Notes: generated by a model not told the origin, from the sequence alone. A stretch of DNA of 64,000 nt from SAR202 cluster bacterium (GCA_009392005.1 VFHL01000001.1:184392-248391), one strand, 5' to 3'; shown: positions 49,624 to 61,380, numbered from the stretch's first letter. A program made the numbers and translations.

Positions 49624-50465
49624 TACAGGAAGAAGCCGATGAAATAATATATTAGTGGTAACGTGAATACGATCGAATCGAGTCTGTCCAACACGCCACC
49701 GTGACCGGGCAGGAATCTTCCTGCGTCGCTAATTCCAGCTCTGCGTTTCAGCATCGATTCAACTAAATCCCCGAGTTGTCCAGTTACTGAAATGGCTCCA
49801 CCTAAACCAACAATGAGCCAAATAGGGGCGTCTAGGGGTAACCAAAAATACAACAGGAATGAAGCTAAGGATGCGCTGATGATTCCAGCAATTGACCCTT
49901 CCCATGTTTTGTTAGGGCTGAGAGCGGGTGCTAAGGCGTGGCGTCCGAACTGTCTTCCTATTAGGAATGCGAACGTGTCTGTTGCGAATGTGACTAATAG
50001 GGCAAATAGTAACCAATCTCGGCCATTATCCAAATCACGTAGCAGGACAGCATGGCTTGTAAGAAAGCCAACGTACAGCACTCCAGCCACGGTTGTTGAC
50101 CAGGCATTAAGTGGATTGCTGGGTCTTTTGATGATAAATAGGATTAAAGGGAGGACTGTTGCGCTGGCGATGATCGCAGAGCCAGGAAGAACAGGTATGC
50201 CAATCCCAATCAAGATTTCTTCTAGGGCTGCACTAGCGTTACAAATTATGAGGATGCTTAATAGTATGCCGAGCCAGTGAAGGGGGCGAGCACCGCTTGC
50301 CTTGTCCGCTAGTTGGTAAAATTCCCAACTGGCGACAGCTGTAGCAGCGATCACTACTGCCAAAAACCACAGTCCCCCCATCCAGATTGTGAAGAGGAGG
50401 ATCGGAAGGCCTATTAAGGCCGTGATAATTCGTTGCGTCATTACTGAGGACACGTGAATTCCCAT
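49623..50465 (-). CDS. cdsA: Phosphatidate cytidylyltransferase
   Basis: 280-aa multi-TM protein with the C-terminal CTP-transferase signature (SxxKRxxGxKDxGxxxPGHGGxxDRxDS). Confidence 0.8.
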   Translation of the reverse strand: MGIHVSSVMTQRIITALIGLPILLFTIWMGGLWFLAVVIAATAVASWEFYQLADKASGARPLHWLGILLSILIICNASAALEEILIGIGIPVLPGSAIIASATVLPLILFIIKRPSNPLNAWSTTVAGVLYVGFLTSHAVLLRDLDNGRDWLLFALLVTFATDTFAFLIGRQFGRHALAPALSPNKTWEGSIAGIISASLASFLLYFWLPLDAPIWLIVGLGGAISVTGQLGDLVESMLKRRAGISDAGRFLPGHGGVLDRLDSIVFTLPLIYYFIGFFL

Positions 50466-50471
50466 CCGCTC

Positions 50472-51266
50472 CTAAAAGTCTGAAATATCGTGTTCTATTT
50501 TACCGAAACTTCGATGTCTTTGCTTGTATTCATTCAACGCTTTTTGGACCTCATTCTTATTGAAATCAGGCCAAAGAGTTTCGGTGGCGTAATACTCGCT
50601 ATAGGCAGATTGCCAAATAAGAAAATTGCTTAATCTCATTTCGCCTGCTGTACGGATAATTAAATCAGGTTCTGGTATTTGTGAGGTGTAAAGGAATTTT
50701 TCTAATGTGGTTTCGTCAATATTTTCTGCGTCCTGTCCATCATTGACGATCTTGCGTATAGCTTCAATTATTTCTGAACGCCCGCCATAATCGAATGCCA
50801 GGACAAGGGTAAGTCCATTGTTGCGTTCGGTCATTTTGATGATGTTTTCTATTTTGCGTCGTAAGATTCGCGATATTCTGTCAAGGCGTCCGATATGAAG
50901 AAGTCGTACATCATCACGATGTAGCGCTTCAGCTTGTTTATCCACTGCGGCACTTAAAATAGAAAGTAGGCTGGTAATTTCTTGGCGTGGTCGGTGCCAA
51001 TTTTCGGTTGAAAACGCGTATAAGGTTAGATAATCAACGCCCTTTTCGCGAAATGCTTGAGCGACCTCACGAATGTTTTCAGCTCCCGCTTCATGTCCCT
51101 TCGCACGATGTTGACCTTTGTGTTTGGCCCAGCGGCCGTTGCCATCCATGATGACGGCTACGTGCTTTGGTATATCGCTAGGTGGAGAATTTGTGGCGTG
51201 ATTAGACAGGTTATACCTCCAAAACCTCAGCTTCCTTCGCTTTGCCAATTGTTTCGGCCTTGGCAA
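50472..51266 (-). CDS. uppS: Undecaprenyl diphosphate synthase (cis-prenyltransferase)
   Basis: HVAVIMDGNGRWA and conserved cis-IPPS motifs. The track ORF overlaps frr by 56 nt, so the true start may be downstream; a CTG at 51209 follows GGAGG. Confidence 0.82.
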   Translation of the reverse strand: MPRPKQLAKRRKLRFWRYNLSNHATNSPPSDIPKHVAVIMDGNGRWAKHKGQHRAKGHEAGAENIREVAQAFREKGVDYLTLYAFSTENWHRPRQEITSLLSILSAAVDKQAEALHRDDVRLLHIGRLDRISRILRRKIENIIKMTERNNGLTLVLAFDYGGRSEIIEAIRKIVNDGQDAENIDETTLEKFLYTSQIPEPDLIIRTAGEMRLSNFLIWQSAYSEYYATETLWPDFNKNEVQKALNEYKQRHRSFGKIEHDISDF

Positions 51267-51774
51267 TCATTTGATCAGTCAATTTCTGTAAGCTCTCTTG
51301 TATTCGTCTTTCATCGTCTTGGGAAATTTCTTTGTCTTTGGTAAGTTTTTTGATTTGGTCAATAATATCTCTACGTACATTACGAATCGCTACTTTATCA
51401 TTCTCGATGAATTTGTTGATTTGTTTCGCCATTTCCTTTCGACGATCCTCATTCAGAGCTGGGATCGCGAGACGTATAACTGCGCCATCGCTCGCGGGAT
51501 TTAATCCGAGATCCGCTTTCAAGATACTTTTTTCAATTGGTTCAAATGCGCCCTTATCCCATGGTTGAATGATGATCATACGTGCTTCGGGCACCGTGAT
51601 TGATGCTATTTGGTTGAGTGGCATTGAAGATCCGTAGTAGTCAACAGAGATATTTTCAACAAGAGCTGTGCTAGCGCGTCCCGTACTTATTGTAGTTAGT
51701 TCACGCTGGAGATTTTCAATGGCTCCATTCATTCGCCTCTGTCCATCTGCTTGCACGTCATCAACCTTTGCCAT
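51211..51774 (-). CDS. frr: Ribosome recycling factor
   Basis: 187 aa with typical Frr composition and length, sitting in the pyrH-frr-uppS order. Confidence 0.9.
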   Translation of the reverse strand: MAKVDDVQADGQRRMNGAIENLQRELTTISTGRASTALVENISVDYYGSSMPLNQIASITVPEARMIIIQPWDKGAFEPIEKSILKADLGLNPASDGAVIRLAIPALNEDRRKEMAKQINKFIENDKVAIRNVRRDIIDQIKKLTKDKEISQDDERRIQESLQKLTDQMIAKAETIGKAKEAEVLEV

Positions 51775-53053
<1,279 letters not shown>

Positions 53054-53445
53054 CTATATCTTTCCCCTCTCGTGACAATTATCTATATTTTTCTGTCTTC
53101 TCTTGTTGTTTGGTCAACCTCATTTAGCTGATATACAATGTGGCAATATTATGCTCTCTCTGTCAATCATTAATGCAATTGACGTCGAGCGATCTTTTCT
53201 AATAAAGATTTCGATGCTTTTAGTTTCGCTTGGCATTCTATAATCAATGGGTATTATATTTCCACAGTTTAAACGTGTAACACATTTCATGTTAATTGAT
53301 ACACATCGGTAACCAAAGATTCTATTTCCCTGATCCAAGCACCTTTTTTTTGAAGGTTACTATATGTCTAGTTCGGGTGTGTTTTTACCGGGGGTAAATT
53401 CAGTTGTTTTTTGACACAAAAGGTACTGCAACAGCGATTTCTAGC

Positions 53446-54195
53446 CTAGGCTGTTGGCACGGCATTTTCTGTGACCGGCTCTTCGACTTGATCACTTCCT
53501 TCTGATTGGGAATTGCTTCCGGTCAAAGCGGCGGTTGCGATGTATCCAGTAATCAGGCGTACTGATCTTATTGCGTCATCATTTCCTGGAATTGGATAAT
53601 CAATTAAATCCACGTTGCAATCAGTGTCTGCTATCGCAACAATTGGAATTCCAACCTTACGAGCCTCATCTACTGCTATTCTTTCCTTAACGGGGTCGAC
53701 GACGAAAATGGCTCCTGGCACTGTTTTCATTTCTCGAATACCACCAAAAAATTTGTTCAGCTTTTTGATCCGGTCTTCAAGTTTAAGCCCTTCTTTCTTA
53801 GCGAGGTTTTCGAAGACGCCTTGCTCTTTTTGTTCTTCGAGGCTGGTCAAGTAGTCGATTCGGCTGCGCAAAGTGCGAAAATTGGTTAGGGTCCCTCCCA
53901 ACCACCTTTGATTGATATACAACATGTCACTTCTAATTGCTTCGCTCGCGATGGTTTCTTGAGCTTGTTTTTTTGTTCCCACAAACAGAATTTTTTTCCC
54001 TGATGCGGCTGTTCCTTCAATAAAACGGCCAGCATCCTCAAGCATTTGTAATGTTTGTTGTAGATCGAGGATATGGATGCCATTGCGCTCTGTGAATATA
54101 TACTGACGCATTCTTGGGTGCCATCTTCTCGTCTGATGACCAAAGTGAACGCCGGCTTCAAGAAGTGATTTCATTGTTACCGGTTCCGGTTCCAT
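53446..54195 (-). CDS. rpsB: 30S ribosomal protein S2 (core; in-frame ORF extends further 5' to 54492)
   Basis: [19 protein letters not shown] and the remaining S2 core. A strong SD AGGAAAGC precedes ATG at 54195 (an alternative ATG is at 54174). The track ORF continues open for ~100 more acidic residues upstream. Confidence 0.8.
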   Translation of the reverse strand: MEPEPVTMKSLLEAGVHFGHQTRRWHPRMRQYIFTERNGIHILDLQQTLQMLEDAGRFIEGTAASGKKILFVGTKKQAQETIASEAIRSDMLYINQRWLGGTLTNFRTLRSRIDYLTSLEEQKEQGVFENLAKKEGLKLEDRIKKLNKFFGGIREMKTVPGAIFVVDPVKERIAVDEARKVGIPIVAIADTDCNVDLIDYPIPGNDDAIRSVRLITGYIATAALTGSNSQSEGSDQVEEPVTENAVPTA

Positions 54196-54788
54196 GCTTT
54201 CCTGCGTCATTTGATCTGCAGGATCTTTGGTTTCTTTAACTGGTGATTCTTGTGCTACTTGGTTTGAAACGTTAGGGACCGGAGGCTCAGTACCGTTGGT
54301 AACGCCCGCGCTTTCCGCTGCCGTAGGCTCTTGATCGGTAACCTCTGATGGGTTTGGTGTTACAGTCTCGTCAGCTATTTCTTTCACTGAATCTGAATCG
54401 TTTAAAGCTGCTGTCGCAACTTCATTTTCAGCATCATTTTTTTGGTCCAAATTTTCTTCTGAATTTGAATCTTGTATGTTCGTATCCGCCATAAACTATA
54501 TCGCTCCTCCTCAAGCAGGTTGGTGTATCATACTACAGAAGCTTATATAGCGTTATAGAATGGAGCATTCGAACTGAAAGATTTTGAAGTTGGCACTGCT
54601 TAGTCTCTTTAATTGTTGATGGATTCTAGATTTAGAATTGTTGACGCTAATTAAACGTAAAAATAGTCCTATAAGCTTTGATTCTGCCCGATCATTTGAG
54701 TAGTCATGATTTCAGTCTAAAGGTTTTTTGGTAATATGCGGTACCGAGATTGCGATTTGCGTGGATATTCTCATAGGAGATTGAGAAA

Positions 54789-56030
54789 TTGACGCAAGAT
54801 ATTAGCTTCCTCACATTATCCTTTTTACTGCTGTTAGTTGCTGGGTCGGCGTTTTTTGCTAGTTCGGAAACGGCATTTCTTTCGTTTCAAAAAATTCGCC
54901 TTCAGCAGCTTGTCGGTTCAGGATCAAAAAGCGCTCGTTTGGTCGAAAAGCTGCTTGAGCGCCCAGCTCGGTTGCTTTCAACCATTTTGCTGGGTAATAA
55001 TTTGGTTAACATTGCTTTTGCATCTGTGATGACCGTTTTGATTGAGAGATTAGTAGGGCCTCAGTGGTCTGTAGTTGTGGCCACGTCTATTGTCACAATT
55101 ATATTGCTTGTTCTTGGAGAAATTACTCCTAAGACAATTGCGCTTCGCCATGGTGAGCGCCTCGCTATGTTATTTGTTTATCCGATGCGTGTTTTTGTTT
55201 TTGTGTTTACCCCAATCACTTTCTTGTTAGGACTCTTGACCTTGCGCTCAGATAGCGCTCGTCGGCAGGTGGTGGGTGAAGATGAAATACGTATTTTAGT
55301 AACGAGTGGTGTTGCCGAAGGTGTTATTGAAGAAGAGGAAGCGGAGCTTGTTGATCGGATCTTTAGTTTTGGAGATCGACAACTTCTAGAATTGTTAACT
55401 CCACGTCGGGAAATTGTTTGGATTGAAGAGGGAACGACATTCTCTGAATTTCTTTCGCTTTATCTTTCTAATTCTCACACGAGATTCCCTGTCTATCGAG
55501 ATGATACGGATAATGTAGTTGGCATATTGGCTGTGAAAGATGTGCTGAGAGCCCGGGCGGCAAACGAAATTAGTGAGGTGAGTGTAATAACGAATCTTAT
55601 GAGAGAACCGGTATTCGTTCCAGAGACTAAGGATGCCTGGGAGTTGTTTCGTGAGATGGGCGAGTCAAGAATCCAAATCGCGATGGGTGTTGATGAGTAC
55701 GGTACGATAACGGGTCTGGTTACCCTGAAGGCTTTGATCGGCAATATCGTTGGATCAGTTGATGACGAAGCGGATTTGCGAGAACCTGTGACCGCTGTCG
55801 GGGAGAAGGCATTTCAGGTAGATGGAATCATGGGTGTTGATGATGCGAATGAGACACTAAGTTTGAATATTCCTGACGGAGAATACAATACAGTCGCTGG
55901 GTATCTATTGAACGAAATTGGCCGCATACCTGCTGAAGGAGAATTAGTGACGTTGAATGATCTTTCCATTCTCGTTGCGAAAATGCAAGGTACAAAGATA
56001 GAGAAATTAGTTGTTGAGCGACGATCGTAA
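54789..56030 (+). CDS. HlyC/CorC (CNNM) family transporter: DUF21 TM domain + CBS pair + CorC_HlyC
   Basis: 413 aa with N-terminal TM helices, tandem CBS domains and a C-terminal transporter-associated domain. Confidence 0.8.
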   Translation: MTQDISFLTLSFLLLLVAGSAFFASSETAFLSFQKIRLQQLVGSGSKSARLVEKLLERPARLLSTILLGNNLVNIAFASVMTVLIERLVGPQWSVVVATSIVTIILLVLGEITPKTIALRHGERLAMLFVYPMRVFVFVFTPITFLLGLLTLRSDSARRQVVGEDEIRILVTSGVAEGVIEEEEAELVDRIFSFGDRQLLELLTPRREIVWIEEGTTFSEFLSLYLSNSHTRFPVYRDDTDNVVGILAVKDVLRARAANEISEVSVITNLMREPVFVPETKDAWELFREMGESRIQIAMGVDEYGTITGLVTLKALIGNIVGSVDDEADLREPVTAVGEKAFQVDGIMGVDDANETLSLNIPDGEYNTVAGYLLNEIGRIPAEGELVTLNDLSILVAKMQGTKIEKLVVERRS

Positions 56031-56175
56031 TTGGTGTTGATTGTTTAGTACGGGAGAGTTGTAGGCATCTGAATTATTATAATCCTGTCGTATTGTGAAA
56101 CGCTGTCATTGATAAGTGTCATGCGGTCTTGAGATCTGTGATAGTCGGTGTTTTAACTCAAAAAGGTGGCTGGTA

Positions 56176-57600
56176 ATGAAGTCTGAGTTAAATGAATATA
56201 GCTCCGTTGAAATGATCGTTGCTAATTTTCTACGCCGCCATCATCTCGATAATTCACATTTGGTTGTTGCTGTTTCTGGTGGTCCGGATTCTATTGCATT
56301 ACTGCTTGTTTTGGAACGACTTCGTGAACTCTTAGGACTTTCTTTACATGTCGCGCACCTGGATCACGGTCTCCGTCCGATGAGTGATGCGGATGCCAGA
56401 TATGTGAGGGGCGTTGCTAAACGACTGGGCTTGAAGGTTACCATTGGGCACGAGGATGTAAAAAAATATCGCGACAAATCGAAATTATCTTTAGAAGAAG
56501 CCGCGCGGGAAGTGCGATATCGGTTTCTTGGGAACGTTTGCGGCAACGAGGATGCAGCTGCGGTTCTCACTGCTCATACGGTTGATGACCAGGCGGAGAC
56601 AGTGCTTCTCCACCTAATGAGAGGGACGGGCATGGCTGGGTTGAGCGGTATCCAACCAGTTACTGCATTCACTCAAAAAAACGACTCGAGATTTTCGGTT
56701 GTCAGGCCATTTTTGAACATTTCAAAACAAGAAGCTGTTGAGTATTGTAAAGTTCGGCGTTTTCGGCCGAAAATTGACGAATCAAATGGGGATTTGTCTT
56801 ATCTTCGCAATAGAATTCGGTTAGATTTCTTGCCACGTATGGAAAAAGCTCGCTCAGGAGCAAAAAACGCGGTTGTCGATTTAGCGAGCATAGCGCATCA
56901 AACGAAGGATTACGTAGATTCTGGGGCAGAGAATGTTCTATCCAATAACGTAACAGAGCGGGATGGAGCATTTTTTATGAATGTCCCCGGATTAAAAGTT
57001 TCCCACTCCGTATTGAGGGCAAGTGTTTTTCAAACGTTGGCTAAACGCCTTGTTGGAGATCCGGCTCCGCTAGCTTCGTCTCATATTCGGTTGATGGAAG
57101 AGCATTTGTTTAAACCCCCTGGCAGTGAGATCAATTTGCCGCGTGGGTTAGTGTTGACGATGTTGTATGGTGAGATCGTTTTGAGTGTTGGTATTCCACC
57201 GTGCCCATTACCTTTTCTTGAACCTGGGCAACTCGAAATCCCAGGCCAGAATGATTTTGGAGAGTGGGTAATTTCAGGGCGGATTGTTAACGGTGGGGGC
57301 ATTTTACGAGCATATCATGGGGGAGTTTCGGGTACGGAACTTGATATATATCTTCCGCGACCACTAACTGGGATCGTGACCAATGAGCAAATCTCTGGGG
57401 GGCTTTATGTGAGATCTCGTCGCCCTGGGGATCGAATTCAACTTTACACGCATTCTCGCAAGGTGCAAGATATGTTTGTTGATGCGAAAATTCCACGAGG
57501 CTGGCGGGATCAAGTGCCTATAGTTTGCAGAGAAGATACTGGTGATCTTGTATGGGTTGTAGGGCTTCACAATCCTAAGCCGTTCGTGTCAGAAATATAA
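56176..57600 (+). CDS. tilS: tRNA(Ile)-lysidine synthetase
   Basis: PP-loop SGGPDS, with AHLDHGLR. The start was chosen at M(56176) within the track ORF 56116-57600. Confidence 0.8.
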   Translation: MKSELNEYSSVEMIVANFLRRHHLDNSHLVVAVSGGPDSIALLLVLERLRELLGLSLHVAHLDHGLRPMSDADARYVRGVAKRLGLKVTIGHEDVKKYRDKSKLSLEEAAREVRYRFLGNVCGNEDAAAVLTAHTVDDQAETVLLHLMRGTGMAGLSGIQPVTAFTQKNDSRFSVVRPFLNISKQEAVEYCKVRRFRPKIDESNGDLSYLRNRIRLDFLPRMEKARSGAKNAVVDLASIAHQTKDYVDSGAENVLSNNVTERDGAFFMNVPGLKVSHSVLRASVFQTLAKRLVGDPAPLASSHIRLMEEHLFKPPGSEINLPRGLVLTMLYGEIVLSVGIPPCPLPFLEPGQLEIPGQNDFGEWVISGRIVNGGGILRAYHGGVSGTELDIYLPRPLTGIVTNEQISGGLYVRSRRPGDRIQLYTHSRKVQDMFVDAKIPRGWRDQVPIVCREDTGDLVWVVGLHNPKPFVSEI

Positions 57601-57620
57601 GAATTTGAGGTAAGAAAGCT

Positions 57621-58352
57621 TTGAGCACCAGTGTCGATATCATTATTCCTGTATACAATGAAGAACTATCTTTGCCTACATGTCTCAAAACATTGATACC
57701 TTTTTGCCAAGAAAACCTTTCAAATTACTCTTGGAGGGTTGTAATAGCGGATAATGGATCTGTTGACCAAACATGGCATGTGGCTCAAAGATTATCGGAA
57801 GATTTGTACACCGATCGAGTGGTTGGCGTTCACCTAGATCAAAAAGGTCGGGGTCGTGCGTTACGGAAAACCTGGCTAGAGAGTGAAGCAGATATTGTAT
57901 GCTACATGGACGTTGATCTCTCTACCGATCTGTCTGCCCTGCCGTTGTTACTAAATTCAATAGCAGAAGGTGGGTTCGACGTCGCTACAGGTTCTCGTTT
58001 ACAGAGGGAGTCACAAACCCAAAGATCATTCAAACGTGAGTTTATTAGCCGTTCGTATAACCTGTTGATAAAGCTAATGTTCCAAACTCGTTTTTCCGAT
58101 GCGCAGTGCGGATTCAAGGCTGCTTCACGAGAAGCTGTACAGCAATTAGTGCCTGATATTGAGGATAATAACTGGTTTTTTGATTCCGAACTTTTGATAT
58201 TAGCTGAAAAGAAGGGATATCGAGTTGCAGATATCCCGGTCAAATGGGAAGAAGATTTAGATACCCGTGTGAAAGTGATTAGTACAGCTGTCGAAGATAT
58301 CAGGGGCCTTTTGCGCTTGAAATTCACCTCCACCAAAAAAGATACATTGTAG
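57621..58352 (+). CDS. Family 2 glycosyltransferase (polyprenol-phosphate glycosyltransferase-like)
   Basis: 243 aa with IIIPVYNEE, DNGSVD and DVD motifs of the GT-A fold. Confidence 0.75.
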   Translation: MSTSVDIIIPVYNEELSLPTCLKTLIPFCQENLSNYSWRVVIADNGSVDQTWHVAQRLSEDLYTDRVVGVHLDQKGRGRALRKTWLESEADIVCYMDVDLSTDLSALPLLLNSIAEGGFDVATGSRLQRESQTQRSFKREFISRSYNLLIKLMFQTRFSDAQCGFKAASREAVQQLVPDIEDNNWFFDSELLILAEKKGYRVADIPVKWEEDLDTRVKVISTAVEDIRGLLRLKFTSTKKDTL

Positions 58353-58407
58353 TTAACAAGCAAGAGCTGCTTTGTGTGGCCCTAAGTGCTCTGCCTTTGT
58401 ATTTGTT

Positions 58408-58755
58408 TTAGCCACCAGCGCCCAGTTTTTTTCCTCCTAAAATGTGCATGTGGAGATGGGCGATGGTCATGCCAGCATCCGGACCATTGTTGATTAGTAT
58501 CCGGTACCCACTACTAGTGATTCCAAACTTTTCCGCTGCTTCACTTGCCTGGGACGCCATATGGCTTATGAGCAGGATGTTTGTCGAGTTCATTTCAGAT
58601 AAACGAGGGATGTGTTTTTTAGAAATCACAAGAAGATGGATAGGCGCTTGAGGCTCGATGTCTCTGATGACGAAGCAATGCTCATTCTCAAATATTTTGT
58701 CCGTCGAGATTTCATTATTGCTAAATTGGCAGAAAAGGCACTCGGAGTTTGTCAA
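58408..58755 (-). CDS. HIT-family nucleotide hydrolase
   Basis: 115 aa with the histidine triad HLHMHILGG. Confidence 0.8.
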   Translation of the reverse strand: MTNSECLFCQFSNNEISTDKIFENEHCFVIRDIEPQAPIHLLVISKKHIPRLSEMNSTNILLISHMASQASEAAEKFGITSSGYRILINNGPDAGMTIAHLHMHILGGKKLGAGG

Positions 58756-59043
58756 GATTAATCCTTCCTACAATTCTTATAGTGGTATCAGACCTATTCA
58801 TTATACGGGTTGTTTCCAAACGAATTGGTGTCATAAAGGCTAGGGGATTTATTGCAAGATGCTTTTGGTTTCTATTTAACCACGAGCCGTAGTTTGTATT
58901 TGGCTTCTTAACTGTGAAGCGCTAATATTAACTCCCCCTTATTTCAAGTGTCGTGTTGACATAGAGAATGATCCGCGTCTAGAATACGCGGCTGCTATCG
59001 TAAATTGTAATGGCGGTCGATCCATAAATTAAAGGAGTTAACG

Positions 59044-60465
59044 GTGCAAGATCAGAGGCGCCGGCGGTTGGGGGATCGAATTCTCCGACGGCAATCTCGG
59101 GGTGAGACTGTTCAGTTTCACGTTGAACCAGATAAGGTTCGCAGGGTACCTCCTTCACCAGCACTTCTTTTGATATATGGATTTCTTCTCCTCATTCTCA
59201 TTGGAACGATTCTGCTTTGTTTGCCAATTGCGTCACGTAATGGACAGTTCACATCTATCATCACTGCTTTGTTTACAGCAACTTCTGCAGTTTGTGTTAC
59301 TGGTTTAGTTGTTGTGAACACAGGTGAATATTGGAGTTACTTCGGTCAAACCGTAATTCTTGTTCTTATCCAACTTGGAGGCCTAGGGTTTATGACTGGT
59401 GCTACTGTCCTTTTTGTATTAGCTGGCCGTCGTATAACTTTGCAAGAGCGAATGTTGTTGCGTACGTCTGTTGGAGGAGGGTCGTTAGGTGGTATTGATA
59501 AGTTAGCCTTACGTATTGTCGGACTAGCTTTGCTTTTGGAAGGGATTGGGATTTTAATTGTTTTCCCACGGATGCTTACATATTTTGATCCTCTAACTGC
59601 ATTTTGGCAGTCACTGTTTTTAACTGTATCCGCATTTAACAATGCTGGTTTTGATATTACGACGACAGGGACAAGTCTTGTGCCATACAGTCAGGATCCA
59701 GTTATTCTTTTATCAGTGTGCGTTTTGGTATTTCTTGGTGCGATTAGTTATGCAGTAATGCGCGATATAACGACAATTCGAAGATTTCGCGGTTTTACGC
59801 TTGACACTAAATTGGTGATTGTTACCACTTTGAGTTTCGTTGTTATTGGTACAGTAGTTATTCTGTTCAGTGAATTCACGAATGTTGGTGGAATGGGTGG
59901 AATAGGCATAGGTGATCGCTTCGCAGGATCTTTTTTCTTATCAGTTGCATCAAGGACAGCTGGCTTCACGATCGTAGATATTGGCGCAATGCAAGATTAC
60001 ACATTGTTCTTCTTAATGGTATTAATGCTCGTAGGGGGAGCCTCTGGTTCAACGGCTGGGGGCATCAAGTTGAACACCTTCGCGGTCCTTGGGGCGTCTA
60101 TCATCGCAGTGTTGCGTGGTCGTGATAAAACCGAGGTTTTTGGCCGTGAGATTCCAGATGATCAGGTTCGCCGTGCGCTTACAATTGGGGCGCTCGCAAT
60201 TATTTGGATTCACATTACAATTATTGTCTTAGCGGCTTGGGAAGACTTTACTTTGACGGAGGTTTTTTTCGAGGCAGTAAGCGCGTTTTCTACGAATGGC
60301 TTATCAACTGGAATAACAGGTGATTTGAGCTCTGTCAGCAAACTTTTCTTGATACTTACAATGTTTGTTGGGCGATTAGGCCCAATGACTATCGTTTTCG
60401 CGCTTGTTCAGCGGCATAATCCAGCGAGATATCGAAGAGCTCAAGAGAGCGTTAGAATAGGGTAG
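59044..60465 (+). CDS. trkH: Trk/Ktr-type K+ uptake membrane subunit
   Basis: 473-aa multi-TM protein with repeated selectivity-filter-like GLSTG/GFT motifs, followed by a trkA-like gene. A GTG start is preceded by AAAGGAG. Confidence 0.85.
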   Translation: MQDQRRRRLGDRILRRQSRGETVQFHVEPDKVRRVPPSPALLLIYGFLLLILIGTILLCLPIASRNGQFTSIITALFTATSAVCVTGLVVVNTGEYWSYFGQTVILVLIQLGGLGFMTGATVLFVLAGRRITLQERMLLRTSVGGGSLGGIDKLALRIVGLALLLEGIGILIVFPRMLTYFDPLTAFWQSLFLTVSAFNNAGFDITTTGTSLVPYSQDPVILLSVCVLVFLGAISYAVMRDITTIRRFRGFTLDTKLVIVTTLSFVVIGTVVILFSEFTNVGGMGGIGIGDRFAGSFFLSVASRTAGFTIVDIGAMQDYTLFFLMVLMLVGGASGSTAGGIKLNTFAVLGASIIAVLRGRDKTEVFGREIPDDQVRRALTIGALAIIWIHITIIVLAAWEDFTLTEVFFEAVSAFSTNGLSTGITGDLSSVSKLFLILTMFVGRLGPMTIVFALVQRHNPARYRRAQESVRIG

Positions 60466-60491
60466 CAAATTGTATGTGAAGGGTATGTAAA

Positions 60492-61172
60492 ATGCGAAAG
60501 CAAGTTGTGGTTTTTGGTTTAGGGCGTTTCGGTAAGAGTATCGCTCGTACTTCAACTAAAATTGGTCATGAAGTTCTCGCTATTGATAGAGAAGAGAAGG
60601 AAATTCAAGATATTTCGGAGTTCGTAACTGATGCGGCGCAAGCTGATGGAACGGACGAGCAAGCTTTACGAGAATTAGGCGTTGGAGACTTTGATATCGC
60701 GGTTGTCGCTGTTGGCCGAGATATGTCATCCAGCTTATTGACTACTGTTTTATTGAAGAATTTGGGAGTTCCACATGTGATTGCACGGGCAACAGATGAG
60801 TTGCATGGAGCGACTTTAAAGAAGGTTGGTGCAGACCGCGTGATTTTCCCCGAACAAGATACAGGGGAAAATATTGCACACAGTCTCGCGGCCTCATATG
60901 TAGAAGATTATATTGGACTCGCTACGGATTATGGGATTGGAAAAGTCGTTGCGTTGGAGGAGTTTGTGTCGCATACCCTGGAGGAAATAGGTCTTACTGG
61001 TAATAGTACTGGTAATAGTACTGATAATCTTCGTGTTTTGATGATTCATCGCGGCAATAATGATGTGATTGTCGCTCCCGATCGCTTTGAAAGAATCAAA
61101 GAGGGGGATATTTTGGTACTTTCAGGTCATGATGATGATTTAGAGCGACTGACATCGTCTGACCGTACGTAG
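60492..61172 (+). CDS. trkA: Trk/Ktr K+ uptake regulatory subunit (RCK_N NAD-binding + RCK_C)
   Basis: 226 aa with N-terminal Rossmann VVFGLGRFG and a C-terminal TrkA_C domain. Confidence 0.8.
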   Translation: MRKQVVVFGLGRFGKSIARTSTKIGHEVLAIDREEKEIQDISEFVTDAAQADGTDEQALRELGVGDFDIAVVAVGRDMSSSLLTTVLLKNLGVPHVIARATDELHGATLKKVGADRVIFPEQDTGENIAHSLAASYVEDYIGLATDYGIGKVVALEEFVSHTLEEIGLTGNSTGNSTDNLRVLMIHRGNNDVIVAPDRFERIKEGDILVLSGHDDDLERLTSSDRT

Positions 61173-61222
61173 TTTTTCAGGGATTCAATTCGTCATTTTG
61201 GTAAATAATTTGGAAATAAATG

Positions 61223-61262
61223 AAAACGCCGGTGTGCTCATACGATCACACCGGCGTTTTTT
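61223..61262. terminator. Bidirectional rho-independent terminator between trkA and the RRM gene
   Basis: AAAACGCCGGTGTG-loop-CACACCGGCGTTTTTT is a perfect 10-bp GC-rich stem flanked by A- and T-tracts. Confidence 0.6.
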
Positions 61263-61380
61263 GTATCAACCTTCGTAATTAAATGTTCTAAGTATCTTTT
61301 GGTTATTAATCCACTTGCGTCCGCTTCGCATCAATGGCCAAGAATATCTTGTGCGAAAGTCAATTGTTGGCAGGTTTAGT

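Noticed and set aside
53120-53338. 72-aa ORF in the rpsB-tsf spacer
   Set aside because: It has AT-rich, Cys/Ile-biased composition, no SD, and no family resemblance, so it is likely non-coding.
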